A DNA stretch of 64,000 nucleotides, from assembly GCA_000146045.2 (NCBI GenBank), contig BK006948.2:448001-512000 (forward strand). Reading direction: 5' to 3'. This document shows positions 9,821-20,211 of this stretch, one piece after another. The notes beneath the pieces were generated by a model. It was not told the DNA's origin. It ran no database searches and was given only the letters and a program-made list of their open reading frames with translations. A program made the translations under genes and the position numbers. How positions within the stretch are numbered: the stretch's first letter is position 1; every line of letters starts with the position of its first letter. The DNA is from TPA_inf: Saccharomyces (taxonomy: Eukaryota).

Positions 9821-11479
9821 TATATGGTTACTTTTATTAAGTGGTCGGTATTGGTGGTTGTTGTTGTTATTTGTATCCTTGATCTACTCTCCAATAATAG
9901 TTATAAAAATAGAAAGAAAACAAAACAATTAACAGCAGGACAAAAGCCAAACACTATAGCAATCTGGCTATATGATATGCAGAAAATAGTGATTACTGTG
10001 CTCTTTGCTGCATCATGCATCATATGTTTGGCATTCTGTCCTGTCAGATGAATGGGCGAAACAATTCGGGGAGCTTTGTTGCGACTTGGTACCCGGCAAG
10101 CCGCGACCTATATTTTGCATTAAACGAGTTCATCGTGGATTTATCGCCATGAGCCTTAGCTTATCAAGCCTCTCACAGACAATTAAGCAATGAAAAAGGT
10201 ATACCATCGGCGCAGAATGGTTAACTAGTGGGTTCATACTGCTGTGTTATAGATTGTTACCTAAGTGATCACCAAAAAAAAGTGCAAAAAGGAAAAAAAA
10301 ATAAGAGACAGGTAACTTCCACAAGCTTATTCTTCCAAAAATCAATCTTATCTTCATGCCAGCAATAGTTGCGTGCTGAGCTCAACAGTGCCCAACCCTT
10401 GTGCACCGTAGAATTGTAGAATACAAATACATAAATAAGTGTGTTCCCGAAGGACTAAGGAATGACGGCAGAGGAGTCTTGTGACCGCCCTGCTGCAAAA
10501 CTTGGCAAGGACAGAAATTAAGTAATAGATACGCACAACCTTGGAGCACCAAGAAATGGCTGCAAAAGTAAATCTATAGTATTTCAAGCTGAGATATGAT
10601 AATATGTTCAAAGGGCTAAAGTCTCATGAAACAGCGTCACTACAAGTCACATAAAGTTCGTACAGCAAGTCTATGCATGCTTTCCTCAAAAGAACTACCC
10701 AAATATAAACACATATACAAAAATTCAGATTTTACATTTCAGGTTTCCATAATATGTTAAAAGCTAGATCTTACATAGTGTCGGGAACAGGTCATTCTAA
10801 AAAAAGTAAAATAAAATAAAAGGGTTTCAAAGATCCATACTTCTCTACATTCTCTGACTTTTTAAAACTGTGTACTGGCGACCAATCGACAAATCTGCAA
10901 CCCCAGCTTCATAAGCTTTCTCTCCCACCAGCAAAGCCTGGACCTCCCTGGTTCTAATAATGAGCGACTGAAGTTTTCCAAAAGAAACCTTCACTAAACA
11001 TGTTATGCTCCTCAATCACGCGATGAAATAAAGGCCTATTTTTTGATCCAACGCCTTTGAAAATTTCCTTATGGCTGGGTGGGGTACCTACCATGAACAT
11101 GTTAAAGGTAAGTGGTGGCATATTATGGAGTTACGCCCGTATACCAGAGTAATAATGTTGCCGCCGGATAGGCATGGCGCCCCCACCGGATTCTCTTGCT
11201 ATATGGATGGCATAATTAGCTTATGAAAGGATTGGTAAGAATATGTCTTCTAGCAAGAAAATACTAAGAACCAATAGTTCCTTTTTTTATAAAATTATTG
11301 AGCCATACACAATAATGCCGATATTTGTCACCATAGACATACTTGACAGTAAAGTATTTGCAGCTGAGGATCGATCTGGTAGTATTCCCAAATTGTAAGA
11401 TCTGTACAGATTTTCAAATGAAGCGTTGAAGTTTCCTCTTTGTATATTTGAGATCTTCATTTTATCGGATTCTTTGTCA

Positions 11480-13276
11480 TCAGACAACTTGTTGAGTGGT
11501 ACTAAAGGAGTGCTTTTCATCATCCTTTTGGTGAACGATTTCAAATACGTTAGTGTTTTCTGAGCTAGTTTTGATCAATTCAGGTGATTCGTTATCAGAA
11601 CTCTCAGGTTTGTATTCGTGTCCAGTTGTGTAGCATTCGCCTAACGTGTAAGCACGGATTTCTTCCTCAGAAATTTCACTGTATGGAATCATGCCCTTCT
11701 TTCTCGCTTCTTCGTCGGTAAATGCACCATAGTAATCTTTGTCATCATGTCTAACAGTAATTTTGAATGGGAAGAAGACACATAGCCCCCAGTAAACGAA
11801 AAAAGAAATCAAAAAGGAGAAGAAAGAATCACCATAAAAGAATTTAACAATACCTGAGTCGTGGAAATAGTTATTGTTGACTTCCCAAGCGATACCAGGT
11901 AGACCGGGAGCCATACCACACACCCAGGCAACGATAGCTCTCCAGTTGACACCCTTGGTAAAATAGTATTCACCCTTTAGAATAAAGGCATTAGTAATGG
12001 AATATTGCCTCTTCCTGATCAGAAAGTTATCACAGATCATGACAGCAATAATAGGAGTCATGACAACACCGAAAGAACTCATGACAGTTAAGAAAGTAGA
12101 AGAAGAGTTGTAGAAGTTCCATGGCAAACAAGCCCAGGAGATACATGCGCAAAAAAGAGCACCTCTCTTGATATCGACGTATTTGGGCAACAAACCGGCC
12201 ATATCCATACCAGTGGCAAACCCACAGTTGGAGATGGTGGAGGACATTTGAGACATGGTAAAGCAAAGACCACAGAAGAAGGCACCTGCGCGAGCGCCTG
12301 CAGAATAGTTGTTTGTCAACCAATAATCGAATATATCCATGGGCATCCAAAATTGTTTACCGTATAATTTGTCGCAGGTGGAGGCACTAATGACACCGAA
12401 GATTGGGACCAAGGTTGCTGGGATTAGTAATGCACAGACGCTACCGGTCCAGATAGCCAAATTGGAGGAACCGAATCTTGAATAGTCACTTTGGTTGGTG
12501 GAACCTGGAGAAATGGAACCGAACCAGTATGAAATCATGTAAACCCAAGCCCATGCTCTTTTAGAACCAGTAACGGTAGATTTTGTGGAGGTAAACAATT
12601 CACCGACACCATGGGCATTCTTAGTCAAGTAAATCACTATACCCAGCATGGCAAAGCAAGTAGCTACACATGACCAAATTAAAAGGTAGTTCATATGGTA
12701 GGGTTTCATGAAATAGCAGAGCGCGGTGAGGACGTGGAAAATAATGAAGCCGACCAACTGCTTGGTGGTCATGGCAACACTTGGGGACAAAGTATTGGGC
12801 AGGTGCAGATAGTGGTGGGACCAGGAATCTAATATCATGTTGATAGATAGACCACCCAACCAAGCGTTGGAACCATAATTGACAATACTCATCAAAATTC
12901 TAATGATGATACCGAAGGCTGAACCGTAAATGCCAAAAACGAATCTTTGGGCCAAGGTGAAACCGATTTTCCAATCATAACCGGGGTAAGAGTTGGCCAT
13001 AGTGAAAATAATGGTCAAGACATTACCGAGAAGAAACGAAACAATGGTCTCTGGGTAACTTAGGCCGACACTTAGTGCAGCAGAACCACTCATCCATGTA
13101 CCTGCTGTAAAGGACACAGCGCCCCAGTACGCCAAATTAGACCAGAACCCCCATGTTTGATTTGCAGACTTGATAGGTTGCAAATCAGGGTTCCTCAGAA
13201 AATTCACGGCAGTCCTATTTTTGGCAGGAATTTCTAAATATCTCAAAAACTTAGAGACTATACTACTGAAGCTCAT
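11480..13276 (-). CDS. NRT1: NCS1/FUR-family permease (nicotinamide riboside transporter).
   Basis: 598-aa ORF with about 12 hydrophobic segments, recognised as NRT1 (YOR071C), a purine-cytosine-permease-like transporter. Confidence 0.85.
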   Translation of the reverse strand: MSFSSIVSKFLRYLEIPAKNRTAVNFLRNPDLQPIKSANQTWGFWSNLAYWGAVSFTAGTWMSGSAALSVGLSYPETIVSFLLGNVLTIIFTMANSYPGYDWKIGFTLAQRFVFGIYGSAFGIIIRILMSIVNYGSNAWLGGLSINMILDSWSHHYLHLPNTLSPSVAMTTKQLVGFIIFHVLTALCYFMKPYHMNYLLIWSCVATCFAMLGIVIYLTKNAHGVGELFTSTKSTVTGSKRAWAWVYMISYWFGSISPGSTNQSDYSRFGSSNLAIWTGSVCALLIPATLVPIFGVISASTCDKLYGKQFWMPMDIFDYWLTNNYSAGARAGAFFCGLCFTMSQMSSTISNCGFATGMDMAGLLPKYVDIKRGALFCACISWACLPWNFYNSSSTFLTVMSSFGVVMTPIIAVMICDNFLIRKRQYSITNAFILKGEYYFTKGVNWRAIVAWVCGMAPGLPGIAWEVNNNYFHDSGIVKFFYGDSFFSFLISFFVYWGLCVFFPFKITVRHDDKDYYGAFTDEEARKKGMIPYSEISEEEIRAYTLGECYTTGHEYKPESSDNESPELIKTSSENTNVFEIVHQKDDEKHSFSTTQQVV

Positions 13277-13501
13277 GATGATACAGGTGCTGAAGTCCTT
13301 TTTTTGATAGTTATAATGGGGATATCAGTACAATAAAGAATAATATAAATTCTGCAATAGGAAATAATATAGGTAATTGTTCTTGATAATTCTGGAGTTT
13401 ATAAGATTTTAACTCTATTTATGAGAATAGAGAAGGAAAATTAAAACTACAATAGCGAATGCAAATTTTTTTCCCCGAAGAACAAATAGCGGTAGCAACA
13501 C

Positions 13502-13816
13502 ATGCTGACGAAAGTTGTGTTCCTCTTTTTTTGGAGCAGGTCTGACTCAACTAAAAAGCTAGCTGCATGCAACCACGCTACATTGGCACACTATATCCTG
13601 ACGCCCGCGCTATACTCTGACGCCTGCGCTATATATTCTGACGTCTACTCCATAACTATTATAGTAGTGGCCACTGTTGTTCGTAACCCGGCGCGGTGTT
13701 CGCTCCGAGCACGAAAATTCTGTCGTTTATTCTCTTCCTTCTTCCAGTTCCATTACTTAAAGGAGCTGTTTTATTTCATTCGAAAGCCCGATGACAAATT
13801 CTCCTCTTTCATATAA
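13502..13816 (+). CDS. Short ORF inside the GC-rich island (corresponds in position to the dubious ORF YOR072W). Probably not protein-coding.
   Basis: 104-codon ORF with no recognisable domain. It overlaps a tandem repeat, and the compositionally atypical surroundings yield ORFs in several frames. Confidence 0.15.
   Translation: MLTKVVFLFFWSRSDSTKKLAACNHATLAHYILTPALYSDACAIYSDVYSITIIVVATVVRNPARCSLRARKFCRLFSSFFQFHYLKELFYFIRKPDDKFSSFI
13586..13646. repeat. Three tandem copies of a ~19-bp unit, (c/t)gcgCTATA(c/t)(a/t)(c/t)TCTGACG(c/t)C.
   Basis: Direct reading: ...caCTATATCCTGACGCC cgcgCTATACTCTGACGCC tgcgCTATATATTCTGACGTC... Confidence 0.7.
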
Positions 13817-16449
13817 ATTAATAAGGCGGTCAGCAGGAAACTCCTATTGCCAACCGTCTTGCGAACCGACCGGTCGCTGCGCGCGATCATGCGTCCACGC
13901 GCTTCTGTGGCGACGGACGACTACAGCAAGACATTACTCTGGTCATTTACGCCTGGCGCCCAGAATGTACAAGCGCAGACGGCCAGATCATATGATGAAA
14001 CGGAATAGTCCCAGCTATACCGGTGATCACAAGACGTAGTTACATAGATGCCTTGGCGCCGACACGATATTTCTTGTCGTTCTGTGCCAGTAATTCCTTT
14101 TCTTCTCGACTATGCCTCTAAGACGTCAGTCTTGGAAGCATAGTCTTCGTAAAAAAATTTTTTTTTTGAGGTTTTTGCTTCCATTTCTTTAGACTGAACT
14201 AATTTATTTTTTTTATTATTATTCAGTAATTTTTATATATTTATTTATGGACTTATTGAGGTGCTTTGGGGGTGATGACGTCCCCAGTGAGGCCCCCAGG
14301 GTAGTGGACCGCACCTAACTTCCCATTCATGATGTGATTACGCATTTTAATCTTGTCTATATGTTCTACAATGATGGCGTCAGTGCCAATGCCGTTCGCA
14401 TCTATGAGGGAGATGAACTCGCTCTCGGCCGTTGGGTTTGAGGCGGTGCCGTAGTGTCCGCCTTCATTCCGGCTTCGCGGTGTCTACGAGGCATTCATTT
14501 TATGTCGCGGCAACTACTTGATATTTTCCACCAGGCACAAGGAGAAACATGGAGAAATTATATATAGAGAACTATGAGTCCTGAGGCGGCCGTTCAGTAG
14601 CTCAGATTGCCAGGGTTAAAAATTGCTCCTTGGCATCCTATGTGCTGCATACTAAAAAATTTTTAGCCACGTAGTTGTATACTTTTGTTTCCGGGGATGA
14701 GAAATTAGCCCCAGGTCCCAGACTTACAACAAGGTAGATAGGGGGGCGCACCTTGTCGTCATGAGACCCATTTCGTAGAAACTTGAATTTGTTGTTGTTA
14801 CTTCTGTTTTCAAGTAGGAGTAACGAGGCCGCGTACAATTTGCCAGTGGATTTGTCGCCTGCAGCAGCGGCCGCGACGCGACGGGTTGATCCAATTTTGT
14901 GCTTGCTTCTTCAACTGAATATTTTGAGTCCACTGCATGTGGAAAACAGAGTTTTCAGTCAGTCTTGTATGTATATTATTCTCTTTAGCTCCAGAATTTC
15001 TGCTGTGCTTAGTAACTTCTTGCCGTTGAGCTGATTTTAGTAGTATAATTTTTTTGCAACTCTACTGATATCAAGAGCAGTGATATGTGCTTTAATGTTG
15101 GCATTTCTTTCAAGCCAATCACCTTCTACCATTGGTCACGGTCTCAGTATATTTGTCGTAAATATTAGTACTCTAGTCTGGTCAGAGAAGTGGCCTTTCT
15201 CCCACCAAAACGTTGTTGTTCTGTCTTTTTTCTTATTATTTACTATTTATTGGATTTATCAAAAATTCCTCAGGAACAAGATTTAATATTCTTGAAAATC
15301 CTGTATGTCATAAATCATGAGCTTGGAAATTGACACGAAATATCGGATGGCACTACTTGATGATCGTTTTTATCACTACCGCTGTACTTTAATTTCATAA
15401 TTTATTTGGTGACATTTCTCTTGAAGATCTGGCAAGATGTACACGGGGAGCTCCTTCAACTGTTAAAAATATTTTTAAAAGTAAAGACGTCACCATACTT
15501 TTTCACCATAAGAACAATTACTGGTCCAGATTAAGAACGGTTGGAGTAAGAGCCAATTATCATTCATTGACTGGTATTTCCTTTTGAACTATATTATCAT
15601 ATAATAGGTAAGAAGATGGCAAAAAGGAAGGAGAAACAGTGGTCTGATGTGATAGGGAAGTAAATGTCAACAAATACCTAACAGTACTATCTGATCGAAC
15701 AAAGAAATTCCACCAAACTGTCAGTAAATTTATTTAATGAGCAGCAAGGACATAGTGCACAACTAGCACTCTACTTCGATTGGGTTATTGAGGAAGAGGA
15801 TAGTATGCCCGGAATTTTCAAGCATTTACATGATTATGGTTTCATTGGGGTGCAAGAAGACCCAGCATGATTAGATTGCTATGTACTCATTATATAATAT
15901 ATCTCCGATGAATATATTTCCGAAAGTTTACTGAAGGCGACCTTGGATAAACCATAGTTTTACGGCAAATACACCATATCACTATTTTCTTTCTATATAG
16001 CTTTGCTAAGGCTTTTTTTAGTGACCGAGACAAAGAAGAAAATTTTCCATAAATGAAAGACCATTGTTTATTCCGAATCAAGTTTTCCGAAGAATTGTTG
16101 TATTACACAGTCCAGAGACAGCAGAATCTTTCAGAAATTTTAATACTGTTGTGACAGCATCTTGTCTATTATTTATTGGATACGCAAAACTCATTTTTTT
16201 AAAATTTTTTTTATAATTTCCTTTAAATAAAAAGGTTAAAGCTGGGAAAAATGCATCTAAATAATAAACTAATGATTTAGTTTCCCTCATTTAAAATATC
16301 TAAGAAGGACAGAACTTTGTTTGGGGTACTTACCCTTGAGTATTTTTAGCGATTATTCTTGGAGTTCTCAGCCAGAAGATTAAAAGAATATATGTTACTG
16401 AATGCAGTGTGATACTCAAGACTAAGTAGTCTTAACAACAAGTTAACAA

Positions 16450-16551
16450 GGGCGTGTGGTCTAGTGGTATGATTCTCGCTTTGGGCGACTTCCTGACTAA
16501 CAGGAAGACAAAGCATGCGAGAGGCCCTGGGTTCAATTCCCAGCTCGCCCC
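16450..16551 (+). tRNA. tRNA-Pro (anticodon UGG) with a ~30-nt intron located 3' of the anticodon.
   Basis: GGGCGTGTGGTCTAGTGGTATGATTCTCGCTTTGGG[cgacttcctgactaacaggaagacaaagca]TGCGAGAGGCCCTGGGTTCAATTCCCAGCTCGCCCC. This matches the yeast tRNA-Pro(UGG) sequence with an A box, a B box (GGTTCAATTCC) and an intron at about 16487-16516. Confidence 0.9.
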
Positions 16552-16770
16552 TTTTATTTTTGATTATTTATTTCCTATTGGTCGGGTAACAGATTTTTTT
16601 TATTTTTTTCAAGGCCCTTTTGTTTTGTAAACAAAGAAATTTCACAAAGTGAGCGTCTACTAATATTGATAATGCCATTTCCACATTACAACTACTGCTA
16701 GGCGCAGGGTTATATTACTTACACACGCATATATATGTTTAATTGGGTATAGAGGGGTTATTGTTTGACC

Positions 16771-18543
16771 ATGCCGAAGAGAAAAATTGCTCCTAACAAG
16801 GAAAGCAGCAGGCGTACGGTCTCCCACGATGATTTAACCCCACAAATACAAGAATTTCAAAACCTAATGGATCTCGAATCGCAAAAAGTGGAAAACATCA
16901 GACAGTCGTATTCGAGGCAAAACTCCCTGCTGGCCAAGGATAACTCCATATTAAAAATTAAAGTTAATAGCTTGGAAAAAAAAATAAGCCAGCTGGTACA
17001 AGAAAACGTGACTCTACGATCTAAAACCTCTATAAGCGAAGCTATCTACAGGGAACGGTTAAGTAATCAACTACAAGTCATTGAAAACGGTATTATTCAA
17101 AGATTTGACGAAATTTTTTATATGTTTGAGAACGTACGTAAAAACGAAAATTTGCCCAGTTCGAGCTTAAGAACAATGTTGAAGAGAACGAGTTCCAGGT
17201 CAAGATCATGCTCATTGTCATCACCCACATACTCAAAAAGTTACACTAGGTTATCAAATCACGAGAATAACCTGTCGCATGAATCAAGTTTTAACAAGGA
17301 CGATGGTCCAGATCTTGAGCCTAAGGCTAAAAAAAGGAAGAGTTCTAGGCGGCAATCTATGTTTGTATCCACGAGTTTAGAACCTGAAGACGAAACCGGT
17401 GAAAACGAACCCATGATGGAAAATTCCTCTGTAGAGGTACCGGCAGAATCACACGAGTCTGCGCAAGTGGAGGAAACAATAGATGCCTTAAACCCTGAAG
17501 AGGAAAATAGCGATTCTGTCAGTAATTTTACCAATTCAATTATAGAATACTCCATACCAGAGGAGAATCCGACAGAACCCGAGCATTCATCTTCTAAACT
17601 AGAAATATTCAATGACAGTACAAATATGCTAAGTACAGTGCCGTCAAATCCTTTGCCGTTGCCTTTACCAGGCCCATCCGCAACTTTACCTACTACCACT
17701 AGCGATGCTTCAACGGTCTATCCTTCATCAAGTTCTTCTACTAATTCTCATCCAAAGACCAAAATTAAGCATTCCATGAAGCCGCCTAGGATAGAACTGA
17801 AGAAAAAGGTTATTGACGAAGTCATGCCCGTAAGTAACATGAGCAGCAACAGCGAAATATCATTTACGAGAACTAGAAGAACTCGTGGTAAAGCTGTAGA
17901 TTACACTTTGCCTTCTTTAAGAGCCAAAATGAGGAGGCCTTCAGAAAAACTTGTGGATGCTACTACTGTGATTGATATACATGATCTACAGGTTTCCAAG
18001 AGAAATCGGGAAACTTCACATAAAAGGAAAAGTTTATCCCAAGATTCAATACCCGACGAACCGCAATTGAGAGAAGTCGTCGTCTCAAAGGATTATGGAA
18101 CTCCAAAAGGGAAAAAAACGGAAGATGAAATACACGAGGATACCGCTCATCTAATGACCACTTCCAACAACAACAGCAACAACAAAAACGAAAAAAAACT
18201 AACTAGCAACAATAGCCCTAAAAAATCGTCGCCTTTACTTGACATTACAAATAAATCGGAGAATAAGAAAAAGTCAACAAGAACTAAAAAATTGTTCAAA
18301 AATGCAATTGTCAATAATTTATCTGATGAAAATTCTACTACGCGACCCTCCAAGTCGTCAAAGGGAACCAGTAATAATAACAACAATTACAACAATTTCG
18401 ACAATAACAATTCAAACATTAATAATGTTAATAATAAATCTGTTAGCTTTAGACTAAATGAAGATGATTTAGCAGTATTTGATTTATTTGGAAATGGTAA
18501 GGCAGTGAAACATCAACCAAAAACATATCGCACCAAAAAATGA
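16771..18543 (+). CDS. SGO1: Shugoshin (Sgo1), with an N-terminal coiled coil and a C-terminal basic region.
   Basis: The ORF begins ...MPKRKIAPNKESSRR... and gives 590 aa from the Met at 16771. The N-terminal heptad-rich region (NSLEKKISQLVQENVTLR) and position match YOR073W. Confidence 0.8.
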   Translation: MPKRKIAPNKESSRRTVSHDDLTPQIQEFQNLMDLESQKVENIRQSYSRQNSLLAKDNSILKIKVNSLEKKISQLVQENVTLRSKTSISEAIYRERLSNQLQVIENGIIQRFDEIFYMFENVRKNENLPSSSLRTMLKRTSSRSRSCSLSSPTYSKSYTRLSNHENNLSHESSFNKDDGPDLEPKAKKRKSSRRQSMFVSTSLEPEDETGENEPMMENSSVEVPAESHESAQVEETIDALNPEEENSDSVSNFTNSIIEYSIPEENPTEPEHSSSKLEIFNDSTNMLSTVPSNPLPLPLPGPSATLPTTTSDASTVYPSSSSSTNSHPKTKIKHSMKPPRIELKKKVIDEVMPVSNMSSNSEISFTRTRRTRGKAVDYTLPSLRAKMRRPSEKLVDATTVIDIHDLQVSKRNRETSHKRKSLSQDSIPDEPQLREVVVSKDYGTPKGKKTEDEIHEDTAHLMTTSNNNSNNKNEKKLTSNNSPKKSSPLLDITNKSENKKKSTRTKKLFKNAIVNNLSDENSTTRPSKSSKGTSNNNNNYNNFDNNNSNINNVNNKSVSFRLNEDDLAVFDLFGNGKAVKHQPKTYRTKK

Positions 18544-18674
18544 TATATAGTCTTTTTGCCCTGGTGTTCCTTAATAATTTCTATATTTTTGCATAATAAA
18601 CCATTGTATTATATACATTCGATTTTGTGTGTATATACGTAAGTACATGATTTTGTTTCTCCTCGTGCTGTCAA

Positions 18675-19589
18675 TTATACACTCATTTTCATTTGAATTC
18701 TTGGATGAGGATTATAATCTTCAATTTCAAAGTCTGTCAACTTGAAATCATCAATGTCTTTAACGTCCCTTTTAATCTTTAGTTTCGGGAATGGTCTTGG
18801 ATTTCTGGTGATTTGTTCTTTCAAGGCATCAATGTGGTCTTTATAAACATGTGCATCCCCCAAAGTATGAATGAACTCACCTGGCTCCATGTCGACAACT
18901 TTAGCAATCATTCTAGTCAACAAAGCATATGATGCAATGTTAAATGGTACTCCCAACCCCATATCACAAGAACGTTGGTACAATAAGCATGAAAGGCGGG
19001 GCTTACCGGATCCTTCTCCTTCTTTGGGGAAACTGACATAGAACTGTGAAAAAATATGGCATGGCGGCAAAGCCATTTTGTCAAAATCAGCTGGGTTCCA
19101 GGCACTCATAATGATTCTTCTATCGTAGGGATTTGTCTTTAGTTTATGTATAACCTGTTTCAATTGATCAATACCTTGTCCAGTATAGTCGTCATCGCAC
19201 GTCTTGTATTTAGCACCAAAATGCCTCCATTGAAATCCGTAAACGGGCCCCAGATCTCCTACTTTCCTATCTTTGAACCCCATCTTATCTAAATATTCAC
19301 GAGATCCATTACCGTCCCAAATCTTAACACCTTGCTCAGACAATAGGTTAGCGTCTGTATCACCGGCCAAAAACCACAATAGTTCAAGTATGATACCTCT
19401 AGTAAAAACCTTCTTGGTCGTTAGTAGTGGGAAGGTATCATCACGTAAACTAAAACGCAGCTGGGGTGGTGCAAAAAGACTCAACGTACCAGTGCCTGTT
19501 CTATCTGGCCTAAATTCACCTTCATCAATGATTCTTTTGCATAGATCAAGATATTGCTCTTCTTCTTTGTTTTTTCCGTCCATAGTCAT
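18675..19589 (-). CDS. CDC21: Thymidylate synthase.
   Basis: 304-aa ORF with the catalytic-Cys motif [13 protein letters not shown] and [10 protein letters not shown], unmistakably thymidylate synthase. Confidence 0.95.
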
Positions 19590-19704
19590 CCTGTACCGTT
19601 CTGTTATGAAGCTCTCTCCTTGATACTTTATTGTTTGATATACACAGTCACTTACAAGTTTAGAAAATACAATTACAGCTATGCTATAGTAAATATTTCA
19701 GGAA

Positions 19705-19747
19705 ACGCGTCAATTAAGGTCTTTTTCATTTTTTCTATTTAACGCGT
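19705..19747. promoter_or_regulatory. Two ACGCGT (MluI cell-cycle box, MCB) elements 116 and 153 bp upstream of the CDC21 ATG.
   Basis: ACGCGT at 19705-19710 and 19742-19747, seen directly. CDC21 is a classical MBF/MCB-regulated gene. Confidence 0.7.
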
Positions 19748-20211
19748 CACCAAATATTAAGTTTGAGAAAGAAGGTCAAAAAAGCAACACCTCTTCCAAC
19801 CTGTTCAATGCGGTCCTACGTTGAGGACACAAAGCTAATCTCTTTGAGGTAGCTGCAGTATAATGACGGGACCTTTGCATATTTTATTGGCCTTTTCCAA
19901 TGAAACTAATTTTTTAATTGAATCTCAATCCCGTCCTTTACAGACGAGAGGGGAAAGAAGCTTGTTCGCATGATCCATCCTGGAATATGGATACATGTCA
20001 TGTAATGATAAATCATTCCTACCTTTGCTGGTATCTTTCTGAAAAGGGCACATTTAATTAAGAACTGCCAACAAGGAAAGATCTCCGTTACCCTACCCAA
20101 CTTGTGAGCTCAGATGAATGAGAATAACTAGAATACATACACATACGTCTAGTATCATTTCCCCCGGTGCTGGGAAATCACCCGTAAAAGCAGTGAAGAG
20201 CTTATTAACTC

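Noticed and set aside
13791-14039. An 82-aa ORF (Arg/Cys-rich) inside the GC-rich island.
   Set aside because: The Arg/Ala/Cys-rich composition is what GC-rich non-coding DNA yields. There is no domain, and it overlaps other-frame ORFs of similar length.
15290-16440. Short ORFs (15-70 codons) between the GC-rich island and tRNA-Pro that might correspond to small 'YOR072W-A/B'-type annotated ORFs.
   Set aside because: None has a recognisable motif or convincing length. I cannot support any as coding from sequence alone.
17259-17699. Antisense ORFs inside SGO1 (146 aa), MSA1 (2002-2394, 130 aa), NRT1 (12030-12350) and CDC21 (19273-19623).
   Set aside because: All are embedded antisense in well-supported genes, are low complexity and lack motifs. 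They are typical chance ORFs.
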